The translations under genes were made by a program, and so were the position numbers. Positions 13,790 to 25,937 of a DNA stretch of 64,000 bases are shown in pieces; the first letter of the stretch is position 1, and every line of letters starts with the position of its first letter. This DNA comes from Gracilinanus agilis (lineage: Eukaryota). Location of the stretch: assembly GCF_016433145.1 (NCBI RefSeq), contig NC_058132.1:86641166-86705165 (forward strand), in the 5' to 3' direction. The notes beneath the pieces were generated by a model. It ran no database searches. It worked only from the letters and a program-made list of their open reading frames with translations, and had not been told where the DNA came from.

Positions 13790-14000
13790 TTAATTGAAAA
13801 GTTCTAATTTGAAAAGTTTTAATTAATTTAGAATATTTTCCCATGATTACATGATTCAGATTCTTTTAATCCTCTCTTTACACCCCCACCCCCACCTTGT
13901 AGCCAATGAGCAATTCCACTGGGTTTTACATGTGTCATTGATCAAGACCTATTTCCATATTATTGATATTTGCATCAGGGTGATCTTTTAGAGTCTACAG
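13790..14000 (-). mobile_element. Short 5'-truncated L1 3' end
   Basis: Reverse complement matches the 3' UTR of the L1 at 21000-21218 (tgatcaagacctatttcc, ttaattaattta). Confidence 0.85.
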
Positions 14001-14820
14001 TGAATGAAATTTCTAATGGCCATGGAACCAACAATCATCTAGTTAGTCCCTGGGTGGATTTGTCCTCAGGGCAGAAAGAAGGATAATTTATAATTGAGAC
14101 AGATTGAAGAGTGAGCTATAAGGGAAGGGAGCATTGTGGCTGAACCTTCTGATAATATGGCAAGTGCTTCATCATTGTCACTGGATACACCAGCACAAAG
14201 CAGTTAGCTTTACTAGGCAGTCTAGCTCTCATAGGTACAGATGCTTTTTAAAATAAGAAGCATGTTGATTAAATTACACAACAGAAGCTTAGATGTTGGT
14301 TAGATGACCTCTGAAGCAAATATTTGGATAAGTTATGATGATTTCTTTTCTTTTTAAAGACTATTTAACAAACATTTACTAATGCCTATTATGTGTAAGC
14401 TACTGGAGAAATAAAACCATTATCAATATTGTCCTTGCTCTCCAAATGCTTATATCTGCTGGAGGGCTGTATGAGTATGTATCTAGATATAATATGTACC
14501 ATTTCCCCCTTTTTGTGAACACATCTTAGAAATGGTTATGAAATAAGTTGGGAAATAAAATCCAAGCATTCAATTTATCTATACATTTTTAAAAATCATA
14601 CCTAGTATGTAGAAAAATATCCCTTGTTCAACAATGCTGAATAAATTTTTGAGGAGATGGGGTAACTTTATTTTTCAATAAGGAGGATACTTTATAGGGT
14701 CCTCTAAGTAATGTCTTTTAGTGCCTTGAATCTCCCATATCTCAAACTTATGTGCTACTCTATCTCTCAGTGATCAACCTTTGAATCTATTCCCCTACTT
14801 TTCTATCCTCTGACCCCCTC

Positions 14821-14860
14821 TCCTTCCTTTCCACATAATTCTTTGACTCTTTCTCTGCAG
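14821..14860 (+). promoter_or_regulatory. Splice acceptor 5 nt upstream of OR start codon
   Basis: Long polypyrimidine tract ending ttctctgcAG|gtgacATG. Confidence 0.75.
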
Positions 14861-14865
14861 GTGAC

Positions 14866-15834
14866 ATGTACAACATGAAAAACTCCAATGTCACCTTTGT
14901 TAACCCCCAATATTTCACCCTGCTTGGAGTCCCTGGTCTGGAGTCTGTGCAGCACTGGATAGGGATTCCATTTTGCATCATGATCCTCCTTGCTCTCATG
15001 GGAAACTGCACCATCTTGTCTGTCATCTGGAGGGACCCATCACTCCACCAACCCATGTACCTTCTCCTGGCCATGTTAGCCATCAATGACCTTGGTATTT
15101 TCCCTGTCTTATTTCCTAAAACTTTGGCCATTCTCTGGTTTGACCTCAAAGAGATTGAATTCAATATCTGTCTGACCCAAATGTTTTTTGTGCATGTCCT
15201 GGCAGGGTTCGAAACTGGGATCCTGGTAGCCATGGCCCTGGATCGCTATGTGGCCATATGCCGTCCCTTAAGGTACACAGCTATCCTGACGCCCCAAGTC
15301 CTTCTGGGGATTGCAGGAATGGTGGTTATGAGGGCTGTGCTTCTCGTCTCCATCTGTCCCATCCTTATCAAAGTGAGGCTAACATCTTTCCGCTCCACAG
15401 TGATAGCTCATTCTTACTGTGAACACATGGCAGTGGTGAAACTGGCTGCGGGCGACACTCGAGCCAACAAGTTCTATGGTTTGGCCGTTATCATGACTTT
15501 GTGTTGGTGTGACATTTCCTTCATTTCTACCTCCTACATTCTCATCTTCAGGGCTGTCATGAGGCTGCCAGGGAAGGAGGCCAGGGTCAAAGCAGTCAAT
15601 ACGTGCACAGCCCACATTACCATTATTGTCCTCAGCTATTCACTGGCCCTCTTCTCCTTCCTAGCTCACCGATATGGCCACCACGTGGCTCCTTATGTCC
15701 ACATCTTGCTGGCCAACATTTACCTCTTGGTACCACCTGTGGTGAACCCCATTGTCTATGGAGTGAAGACCAAGGAGATTCGAATTCGTGTGATCACCAT
15801 GTTTTCCCTTCAGAGACAAAAGCCTAAATCTTGA
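14866..15834 (+). CDS. Class I olfactory receptor, family 52 (OR52A-related), 322 aa, intact
   Basis: LHQPMY, MALDRYVAIC.PLRY, HSYCEHMAVVKL, SY, KAVNTC.AH, HRYG, PPVVNPIVYGVKTKEIR; NVT glycosylation site; lacks the second ECL2 Cys pair as recalled for OR52A1/A5. Confidence 0.97.
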   Translation: MYNMKNSNVTFVNPQYFTLLGVPGLESVQHWIGIPFCIMILLALMGNCTILSVIWRDPSLHQPMYLLLAMLAINDLGIFPVLFPKTLAILWFDLKEIEFNICLTQMFFVHVLAGFETGILVAMALDRYVAICRPLRYTAILTPQVLLGIAGMVVMRAVLLVSICPILIKVRLTSFRSTVIAHSYCEHMAVVKLAAGDTRANKFYGLAVIMTLCWCDISFISTSYILIFRAVMRLPGKEARVKAVNTCTAHITIIVLSYSLALFSFLAHRYGHHVAPYVHILLANIYLLVPPVVNPIVYGVKTKEIRIRVITMFSLQRQKPKS

Positions 15835-16314
15835 CTCATTTATGTGATAGGAAATCACCTATGAAATGAATAGGCATTTGATCTTTGTCCCTGGAAGAAT
15901 TTTTCTATGCCTATTCCTAGAAACAAATCTCTAAATAATATGGATTCTGAATGATATTCTGACAGACCAATGAAAGAACAACTTCTTTAATCCCACAACA
16001 TTGGGTTTTTATAGTTTTAAGGACTATGACCACCTGACTAATTGAGGGACACAAAAAACACTTAGAAATTTTGCAGAGTCATGAGTTTAGAATTAGAAAG
16101 TTGTCAAATCAAAAATCTTGAGTGTAGAAATAAATTCTCTCAAAAGGGCAAAGAAATCTAAAACCAACATAGCAGGAGAGTGGTGATAAATGAGGCAGAA
16201 TGAAAGGTGATGAGCATTTTGGAGTAGCATCTGCTTAAAGAATAGAAATAAGAAGAGAAACTCCAGAGACAGTATATTTGACATTCAGTCTATCTATGAG
16301 TGAATCCATCATAT

Positions 16315-16582
16315 TGTATAAATGGAGATTTTGAACCTTGGGTTTCATCCCCCATAAGTCCCTTAGTTTTCCCAAAATCCCCTTTAATCTCTCCTGCACC
16401 TTCATGTTTGCGTGGTTACCTTATTGTTTTATATTTGGCTGTAACTCCTCCCTCTTGCTTTTTTGTGTTCCTGGGAGTGGGCTTGTTAGTAACCTTTTAG
16501 TTTGGTCTATGTTAGTTTATATTTAATAAAGTATTCATAAATATAATATTTAGTATTTTGCATATTAATTTTAATCTCCACA
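16315..16582 (+). mobile_element. ERV 5' LTR (about 270 bp)
   Basis: Starts TGT, ends ...aatctccACA, AATAAA at 16525-16530, followed by a PBS. Confidence 0.75.
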
Positions 16583-16586
16583 TTTT

Positions 16587-16604
16587 TGGCAACCACAAAG
16601 GGAT
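16587..16604 (+). other. Retroviral primer-binding site complementary to tRNA-Arg
   Basis: tggcaaccacaaagggat vs TGGCGACCACGAAGGGAC (reverse complement of a tRNA-Arg(TCG) 3' end, also the ERV9/LTR12 PBS); 15/18, two mismatches are CpG>CpA decay. Confidence 0.8.
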
Positions 16605-16899
16605 AGAATCTTCAAATTTAAAAAAAAAATAGATTTCCAGCATAGTTAGTAAGTTTGCCTGAGAGCTGAGTGCTGGAGTTTCCTGTTTTCACCCCATCTT
16701 GGCCACTGCAGCCACTAGCCTGCCAGCCCACCAGTCACCTGCTTTTGCTGCTGCTGCCTTTTCACACTCATCATCCAGTGTTCCTCACTGCTCCGCCCAG
16801 CCTGAAGCCCTTCTTACAATATTAGACAACAGCAGGTATGAGAGTATAATGAATGGGATGTGTATAATAATGCAGCATGGCCAGTGTTCACTTCTCTCT

Positions 16900-17720
16900 T
16901 GAGCTTATGGGGCTATCATGAAAGGAAAGGCATAAAAGTGATTATCTTGAACCTGACAATTCAATTCAAAGCTTTTCCTTTCTCCTATCCTTTGAAAAAA
17001 TGGTATGCAAATCAAATCTGTTAATAAGGACATTTCTTAGTAAAATCCATTAAAATCCAAAACATTTCTTGTAGTGTTGAGGTGGTAGGTATTGAAACCA
17101 ATTCTTTAGAGACTGAATATTTGGTGATTTATTGTCAGGCTTTATGGTAATCCAACATGTCTCTGTGGATCTAGACTTGATCCAAGTTGAGTATATAAGT
17201 CATGCTGCTTCATAGTTTAAACATTCTTCATCAGAATTGGAATTAGAATTGTTGAAAGGTGAAAAACCCAGTTTAGAGCTTCTTGTCTCAAGTAATAGCC
17301 ATGATTATTCATGATTTCCTGTCTCTTGTAGAAGTAGGATGGTTGGGGGCCATTCGACAAATACTACTAACGTAAACGAAGATTCAACATTCCATTTTCT
17401 CATCATATTGGACACAATCTTAGAATGTCAAATCTATGAGAAATCTCAGAAATGATAAAGTTTAAAACTATACTTGAAGAAAAATCTTCCACATTTTAAC
17501 CAAGCAAAAGATGGGAGCTGCTTGGGATCACTATTCAATTTTCCAAATGTAATTTGACTTGTTCTCTTCACATTAAAATCAGATCCAAGCTCATCATTAG
17601 AATGATAAATAGAGAAATAACATTTTTTTTCTTGTCCATTTCTATAATTGACTCAGTATCAGTATCCTATGATGTGGAAATGCTTTTCTCTGACTCAAAT
17701 GGCAATTCAGCTATAACTTA
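16900..17720 (-). mobile_element. Probable decayed hAT transposase fragment
   Basis: One minus frame at 17158-17057 reads MLDYHKA*Q*ITKYSVSKELVSIPTTSTLQEMFW, resembling the hAT C-terminal dimerisation motif (L.WWK...YP.L......L.IP.TS...ER.FS). Extent uncertain. Confidence 0.45.
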
Positions 17721-18054
17721 TAGTCTTAGAAAGCTGCTTGGAGACACAGAAAGGCAAAATGATATTAAACTATTTAAATTAAGATTAACCTATTGAAATA
17801 AAAATAACTGACTAAACATAAGAATCTTAGGAAAGATTATATTAAAGATTATACATGTAGCATAGTTAGGGAAATACCCCCCCCCCAAATACCCTTAAAA
17901 TTCAACTGGATAGAACATTGGCTAGCTGGACCTGGAATTTGGAAGATCTGAGTTCATTTATAGTTAGGAGACCCTGGGTAAATAATTTAACTCCTTTTGC
18001 CTCAGTTTTCTCACCTGTAAAATGGGAATAATAGTATCTATCTTTCCTTCAAGA

Positions 18055-18275
18055 TTTTTTTTTGTGTGTAAGTGACATATGTCTTTCATAGCATTTTGAA
18101 TATAAATATGTATTGCATGATAGCACATGTCTAATCTATCTTATATTACTTGCTGTCTTGGGGAGGGGAGAAGTAGGAGAGAGGGAGAACATGGATTGCA
18201 AAATGTCAGAAAATTATTATAAAAATTGAGTCTACATGTAATCTGGGAGAGAAAAATACAATAAAAATTTTTTAA
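18055..18275 (+). mobile_element. Old L1 3' end
   Basis: acttgctgtcttggggagggg...atggattgcaaaatgtcagaaaa...tacatgtaatctggg...aataaaaa, similar to 51100-51250. Confidence 0.75.
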
Positions 18276-18289
18276 AGCATCCGGTTTCC

Positions 18290-18620
18290 TGGATCAAATG
18301 AGGTGTTTGCAAAATGCTTTGTAAACTTTAATGTGCTATATAAATGTTGCTTTTATTATTAGTATTGTTATTATATCTAACCACAGTCTTTAGGCACCTA
18401 GGTCATATAATGGATATAACACTGGAACTGGAATCAGGAAGACTTAACTTCAAATCAAGCCTGACATACTTATTACCTTTGTGATTCTAGGAACATCACA
18501 ACTTTCATGTGCTTTAGGTTTCTCATTTCTAAAATGAGGATAATAACACCACCTCCCTCCCAGAGTTGTTGTCCACATAAAATAAGCTAATGTTCATAAA
18601 GCACTTTGAAAAATTTAAAG
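18290..18620. mobile_element. MIR/CORE-SINE fragments
   Basis: ctggaatcaggaagacttaacttcaaatc...tttctcatttctaaaatgaggataataac core. Confidence 0.65.
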
Positions 18621-19289
18621 CATTATATAAATACAATTATTATAGTTACAAATTGTCCCCAGATCTGATTATAAAGCTTTTTAAAAAATCACGAATTTAG
18701 AAACCTTCAAAAAATAAACCTCCAAATAAACAATCCATTTCTAAAAAGAAAAGATTATATATGAGATTTTAATTTATAGTTTAAAAAATCTTATAATAAA
18801 TAAAGATGGTAACAACTTAGTTGGGTTCTGTCTTCTTTTGAATTATTTCTTTTTGGTATTTTTTTTCTTTTTTCCCCTATTATTTTGTGCATAGTAAGAA
18901 TTGGTGTGCAGATTGTGATTATTTTACTTTCTTCACTATGTATCATTTCATATAAGTCTTGTTATAATTCTTCTTATTTGAATTGTTATCCATTATGACA
19001 CATTAGTATTTCTTTATCTTTATTCACTCCAATATTTAGTTGTCCTTCAAAAGTAGGACCAATCGGTTGCTATTAACAGTTTTAAAAAATGAATGATGGT
19101 GTCATGAATATTTTTGACCTGTCTATTATTTTTCTTCCCTTGTCAAAGGATATGAATAATTTTGTAGCTTTTGTCAGGTGTGACAAGTGCTTTCCAAAAA
19201 AAAAAACAACAAAAAAACAACTCATCAGTTTATAGCTTCACCCACAATGAGTGCCAATTTCTGTATACACAGCAATACTGAATTTTATT

Positions 19290-19506
19290 ATTTTAAACTT
19301 TCTCAGCATGATGGTTATAATGTCGTAGAGTTAGCCGGTGTGAGCACTTACATTTCAGAAATAATCAAACACTACAAAACAGGGTATGATTCATTTTTTA
19401 TTGATTGTCTAGAATTAAATAAGTGATGGAGAAAATATTAATAATAAAGATTAAACTTCAAAATGTGCCATGCTGGTTATTAAAACATTTGCCAGTATAT
19501 CCCTGA
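19290..19506 (+). mobile_element. MER63-like (hAT-Blackjack) non-autonomous DNA transposon fragment
   Basis: ttgattgtctagaattaaataagtgatggagaaaatattaataataaagattaaactt and the terminal ctggttattaaaacatttgccagtatatccctg resemble recalled MER63 sequence. Confidence 0.65.
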
Positions 19507-19879
19507 GGTACTTGAAGAATGCTTTGAGTTATTTAACTCTGGTCGTTAGAGAATTTAAACAATTTTTCAAATGATTATTGGTGATATTTTACTTTGAAAA
19601 CTACCAGTTTGTTTTTAAACTATTCTTCTTTTGGGAAATGAGTCTTTCTTTTAAATCTGTGTTAATACCTCATATGTCAAATTTTAATCTGAAAGATTAA
19701 TGGGAAAAATATTCCCCAACATGTTTTGTTTTTGCTATTCTAGCACTATCTAAAATGTGTTTTTGTTCAGTTTAGCATGTCATATAGAATTCAGAGACTA
19801 CCTAATCCAAATGGTAACTGAATTCGAATTCTTTCTATCACAAACTTGACAAGTGGTCATATAATCATTGAAGACTTGA

Positions 19880-20445
19880 GGTATATGGGGGTGTTCAGGG
19901 AGGACTAACACCTCTGGTGTGGAGGCTTGCTTAGCCTCTTTTAGGGTTGCCCATGCATCTTTGGTGTTGATCTTTCATTCAATTCTCACCTGTGACTCAA
20001 AGAAGCTATGGTGTGTGCAGTGGTTACACCCCAATAAAACCATTTTGGCTGATGGGCTAAACCAGGTTGAGGGTAACCAACAGGCTTCAAACCCATTATT
20101 GAAAGAGAGGGATGTCAGCTCCAAGCACGTGAAGACTTCTTCTTGTGAACGAATGGATTAGGACAATGTGTTCCAACATTCATTAAGGTGGCTGAAGTAA
20201 GCATTAGGAAATGATGAAGCTGGGCTAGACATCAAAGATGCAAAGGTCATCTATCGAATCCCAGGCCATTCCCAGTTATCATGACTTTTGTCTTGCCACT
20301 GGACTTTGATGGGTCTGGATGACAGAATAAGAACAGTGACAGTGCAACATGCATCACTTAAATCCAATTCATATACAAGTTAAGATGATGTTTATCATGA
20401 TGTCATTTGTCCTCTGAAAATAAAGGATTAACAATAACAACAATC
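19880..20445 (+). mobile_element. RTE-related marsupial SINE (WALLSI/RTESINE-like)
   Basis: ttcagggaggactaacacctctggtgtggaggcttgc...gtcttgccactggactt...gtcctct..ggattaacaataacaacaa tail; related copy at 51468-51995. Confidence 0.75.
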
Positions 20446-20515
20446 TGAAGACCTAAATTGAGGAAAAACTTTCTATTTCCCAAGGCATTCCATTCTTCTT
20501 TAGGAATACTCCATA

Positions 20516-21218
20516 AACTGTGCCCAAAGGGCTTTAAAAGGCTGTCTGCCCTTTGATCCAGCCATACCACTGCTGGGTTAATACCCCAAAAAGATAATAA
20601 GGAAAAAGACTTGTACAAAAATATAGCCATGCTCTTTGTGGTGGCAAAAAATTGGAAAATGAGGGGATGCCTTTTCATTGAGGAATGGCTGAACAAATTG
20701 TGATATCTTTTGGTGATGGAATACTATTGTGCTCAAAGGAATAATGAACTGGAGGAATTCCATGTGAACTGGAATGACCGCCATGAATTGATGCAGAATG
20801 AAAGAAGCAGAGCCAGAAGAATGTCGTACACAGACTGATACACTGTGGCACAATCAAATATAATGGACTTCTCTACTAGCAGCAATGCAATTATCCAGGA
20901 CAATTCTGAGTGACTTATGAGAAAGAACGCTATCCATGTCCAGAGAAAGAAGTGTGGGAGTAGAAACACAGAAGAAAAACAACTGCTTGATCACATGGGT
21001 CAATGGGGATATGATTGGGGATACAGACTTTAAGCAATCACCCTAAAGCAAATATTAATAATATCGAAATAGGTCTTGATCAAGGACATATGTAAAACTC
21101 AGTGTAATTACTCGTTGGCTACGGGTGGAAGAGAAGGGGAGGGAAAGAACATGAATCTTGTAACCTTGTAAAAAAAACTCTAAATTAATTAATTAAATAA
21201 AATGTTAAAAAAAAAAAA
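20516..21218 (+). mobile_element. 5'-truncated L1 (L1_Mdo-type) with poly(A) tail
   Basis: ORF2 end plus 3' UTR and A12 tail; 12-bp TSD gaatactccata (20504-20515) / gaatattccata (21219-21230). Confidence 0.95.
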
Positions 21219-21679
21219 GAATATTCCATACCATGAAGCATTTCTTTATAACATTCCTTACTTTTTGTCTAGAGATGAATTTTGATCAGCACAATAAAAA
21301 ACAGAGAACATGAGAGTTATGTTATGAAATACTTAACTAAACAGAGGTACAATGAGTACTCATTCCCTAGGTCTTCCATGAACAGAACTCACTGAAAATT
21401 ATTATCAAATAAAAGCAAACCAAAGAGAACTGAGAAGCCTTCAGTTCAGTATGTAATTCTTTTTTTATATGTTGCTCTCCAAGAAGTACTGTTATCTTGG
21501 TTTTAGTTTCATCTACCTGATAGGTGAGAGGAGAAGGCAGATAGAATGAGTTTGGCCTTTTCCATAGCCTCCCAGCCCATGACACTGGTTTTCTGCAGTT
21601 TCTAGACATTGCTTCCTCTTCTGCAAGAGGAGAAGAAGAAAAAGAATATGAACCTTTAATCCTTCCACATGGAAGCTGT

Positions 21680-22465
21680 TGTAGACAAACTTATAACATA
21701 AGATAAGTAGATAGAGTTAAGTGTAGACAGAAATATTGCCAAGCAGTGTGGCATGAGCTGAAGTGAAGATTCTGTGAAGCCTTAGAATACAGGAGTGGGT
21801 GTGACACAGGGCTCTGGGACAGTTGTCTGCAACTGGGAAGGAGGTCTGTGTGCTGAACTCCCAAAAGCATCACCAGGGTATCATCTACTCTGTGGGCAAG
21901 TGCAAGCTGGAGTTTGGGGTTACAGATTTGGAGGGTGGACTTCCATTTCTGTACCAATTCACTACCTATTGGAATTACTGGCTGATTTTCATCTGGGACC
22001 TTGGGACATCTGAGACCATCACTGGAGGGACAAGGACCCAAGGAGTGGGTCCTGCTTGAACCTAGTTAGTGTTAGGGTTTTAGTGTAGTAATCCATTTCC
22101 CTTGTCTCTGGTCCATAGTTAACTCCAGTTAAGGAATCCCTGTTTACCTATCTCCCTAACTTCTTTAATTTACTAAATTATTGTTTTCCTGCTTCTTGTC
22201 TGTTCTCCTTAATCCTAGAAGTACCTTAGTTAAGTTATATAAAGGTTTATTGTAATTCCCCAGCTGACTGGAATTTGGCCCACTGCTTAACTGATTTAAC
22301 TGCCATTCTTCCATATAGATGTTACCTATTTTCCCAAGTCCTGTGTTTGTGGGTGTAAAGGTGATTCCCCATTGGTATTTGTTCTTAGTCAGTTGTCCCT
22401 TGCCCAAGCAGTCCTCCTTTTCCCCTTTCTCTAAACCTAGTGAACTTAGATTTTAATATTACCCA
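21680..22465. mobile_element. Probable solo ERV LTR
   Basis: TG...CA bounded, more GC-rich, LTR-like composition; no TSD found. Confidence 0.45.
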
Positions 22466-22629
22466 TAAAAGAGCCCTCCTAACACTTTAAGACAGTGAGC
22501 TCTACCTCACTAAAATTTCTGTTCTTGAGGCTAAACATACCTGTTTCTTTCAATCAATCCTCACATGGCATAACCTCAAGATTCTTTACCATCTTACTCA
22601 CTCTCACATGGAAGATCTAAAGTTTGTCA

Positions 22630-25240
22630 GAGCTTTACTTATCATATGACACAACATACAGAAACAAGTGAACACAGTAGCATAGTGTTTGATAAACCAA
22701 AAGAACCAGATACTGGGTTGCAATCTTTGAAAAAAACTTACTGGGATATATAGAAAGGAGTTTGACAGAAATGTATATACAAATACATACAGCATATACC
22801 AAGAAAAGCTCCAAATGGATGCATGACTTAGATATAAAAAGTGACATCATAAAGTAGAAGAGCAAAGAAGAAATTAACTTTAAGATCTGTGGAAAAGAGA
22901 ATAATTCATAACTAATGAAGGGATAGAATCAAAGAAAATAAAGTACAAAAGTTTAATTATGTAAAACTGAAATGTTTGCACACAAATCCAATGCAGTTAC
23001 AATCAGAACAGTAATAGATAACTGGGGAAAAATCCCTTTGCCACAACAATGTGGTACAGTGAATAGAGCACTAGGCCAGGAGTCAGGAAGACTCTTCTTT
23101 ATGAGTAAAAACTGAAAAAGTAAATTTCACACTCAGTGAAGAACAAGAGAAATTATTTTTATTGTCATTATTATCAAATGAGATGATATTTATTAAATCA
23201 CTTAAAACAGCACCTGATAAATATTAGATGCTGTATAAATACTTATTTCCTTTGTTTCTCTTATTAGAAGCTTTTTTGTCCAACTATAATCCAATACAAC
23301 TGACATTTAAAAGAAATGAATAAATATTTACAAAAATATAAATTGCCGAGATTAACTAAACAGGAAATAAAGAGAAGAAATAACCATGTCTTTGAAGAAT
23401 TGAATAAATGCTAAATAAACTAACAAAGAAAAAACCCCTTAGGACAAAGTAAATTTACAGGTAAATTCTTCAAAACATTTAAAGAACAATTAATTTTAAT
23501 ACTACATTAATTATTTGAAAAATAGGTAGTGTCTAAACAAATTCCTTTAAAAATGTTTTAATACCTAAATTGGGTAATGTCAAAGCAGATAAATAAAGTT
23601 AGGCCATTTCCTCTAATAAATATTGGTACAAACATTTAAAATAAAATGTTAGCATGAAAACTGCAGCATTATGTCACAAAAATCATACAATATGTCCAGT
23701 CTAGATTTATACCAGGTATCTAGAACTAGTTCAATATTAGAAAAACTATACTCATGATTAACTATATTAAAAACAAAACAATAAAATAATATAATTATTT
23801 AAATAGGTGCAGAAAAAATATTTTGATGAAATAATCAATCCTAATTAAAACACTAGAAAGCACAGGAACAAATGGGACATTTCTTTTAATTTTAGGAAGT
23901 ATTTATCTAAAGTCAAAAGCCAGCATTATCTTTAGTGGGGATAAGTTAGAAGCTTTTCCAATAAGATAGGGGCAAAGCTAGGATATTTGTTACTACCATC
24001 ATTATTCAATATAGTTTAAAAATTGCTAGCTATAGCAGTAAGACTAGAAAAAATTGAAAGAATAAAACTATCCCTTTTTGCAGATAATATGTAGCTTATG
24101 TAGAGAAAACTAGAGAATCTACTAAAAATCTAATTGAACCAATAACTTGAGCCAATTATAGGTATAAAATAATCCAATTATAGGTATAAAATAATAAAAT
24201 TAACTCCTATTGGTTGACAGAGAGATTAGACGGGAAGGGAAATGTGGTGCTTCCTGTCTAAAAGTAATGGAGTTACTCTGCCTCCCTCCTAGAATCTTGA
24301 ACAGCAGTCCACTTAGATCTAAATTGAAGGTAAGAGTCACTAGTTTATAAGTTAAACTAAGGTTTTATTTGAAAGTTGATTAGGGAAAAGGGATTAGAGA
24401 GAGGGTTAGGAAACCTATGAATCTAGTCTAGTACTGCCTTCTTAATATAAGTTCAGGATGTTGATGAACTCCTTGTTATGAACTTCACCTGTCCCAAGGG
24501 ACCAGCCCTGGGACAGAAATAACTGATCTCTTGATGGTAATATAGAGCAACCTCTTGATAGGGTACATCTAATTGATGTTCCTATTGGGTCAGCAAAGTT
24601 CTCCTAAACCTGCCTGGCCTAGGTAAACTAAGATCCCACGTTCCTCCTCCATCAACCACCCTGGATCCCTCCCCAAGGGGTAGAAGTGAAGGTGAGATAG
24701 AGAAGTAGGGAAAAACAGAACGCAGCCCTGGGTCTCCAGGGCTTTATATACCCTGGGTCCAACTGTCAGTTGGCACTTGCACTGTGGCTCATGCCACGGT
24801 CAACATTCCACCCAGGGCAACTGACAGGTTACCCCAAGCAAACATGGTAATGTTAAATCCTAGCAATATTATTCCTATATTACACTAAGTAATTGGAGAA
24901 TTGTTTGTTCATGGATAATCTGAGCAGACATAATAAAAATGATAATACTCCTTAAGTTAATTCCCTAAACTAATTTACTTGAGTAAATAATAATTTACTC
25001 ATCACCAATCGAATTACCAAAGGGTTACTTTATGGAGCTATAAAACAACAATAAAATTTTATCTACAGGAACAAAACATTTAGACCACCAAGGAAATTTT
25101 TTTTAAAAGAGGGAAAGGGGCCTAGAATAGATCTTAAACTATACTCTAAAACCATAGTAATACAATTTTTGATACCATGTAAGAAATAGAAAGGTTGATC
25201 ATTTGAACAATATACTCCACAGTGATCAAAAAAGAAGGAT
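22630..25240 (+). mobile_element. Old L1 ORF2 fragments interrupted by an LTR
   Basis: Decayed ORF2 pieces (tttaaagaacaattaatt..., ccctttttgcagataatatg, tatactctaaaaccatagtaat) on both sides of the LTR at 24215-24844. Confidence 0.8.
24215..24844 (-). mobile_element. Solo ERV1-class LTR, 630 bp
   Basis: TG...CA ends with 4-bp TSD TGGT on both sides (24211-24214, 24845-24848); minus-strand TATA (cagggtatataaa). Confidence 0.85.
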
Positions 25241-25937
25241 AAAGGCCATCTGGAAGGAAAGAAGAAAGTGAGGAAGGAAAGGAGAAGGAAAGAAACAAGA
25301 AGAAAGGAAGGAATGAAGGAAAAGAAAATATGCATCAATCCACATTTTGAATCTATCAGCTTTCTATCAAGAGTGGGATAGCAAGTTTCATCATGAGTCC
25401 TTTGAATTTGTGGTTGGTCATTGTATTAATCAGAGTTCCTAAGTCTTTCAAAGTTGTTTATCTTTACAATATTATAAAACTACATAACTTTGATATACTT
25501 TTGGTGAGTTATTTAAGTTTTTTTAAACAAACCATTACAGCACTTTTGACACTATTTTTATGACTGTGCTAAATTTTTGAGTTAATTATGTTTTGTTCCA
25601 TTCTTCCATTTTTTATGTATATCTTTTCAAAGAGATAAGTTTGTTAAAGATGTCAAAAACATGCTTTTTATTGTATTAAGGAAAATTCATTCTTATATTT
25701 TTTAGTATTTTAAGATAAGTGGAATTCATGTTTCATCAAATCAAAGATCTTTATTGTATCTATTGATTTTTCTTAATGATTAGACTTATTATACTTATAT
25801 TTTCCCTAGGACCATCTTGGATTCTGACATGTAAGCTTTTGCCTTATTTTTCTGGGAATCAGGACTTCATGCCACTCACATCCCTTCTTTAACTTCCGGA
25901 TTCTATAGCCCTGCCCTGAGAAGGAAGTAATTCCTAT

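Noticed and set aside
13795-13825. GAAAAGTTT motifs resembling the class I J-element AAACTTTTC motif
   Set aside because: They lie in an L1 3' tail, and I saw no cluster of this motif with HD and O/E sites anywhere in the window.
16093-16284. Hydrophobic 63-aa ORF with LLQNAHHL, resembling OR56 TM7
   Set aside because: No NP.IY motif and no other OR motifs at the expected spacing.
16525-16530. LTR AATAAA as the poly(A) signal of the upstream OR
   Set aside because: An earlier AATAAA exists at 16129-16134, so LTR exaptation is not required.
16805-17330. Alternative readings of this minus-strand region as an OR pseudogene (MSYNRF.ICIPF, NHFY, IILSY) or a PGBD2-like piggyBac fragment
   Set aside because: Both need several frameshifts and large deletions, whereas the hAT motif reads in one frame. 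Not fully excluded without a profile search.
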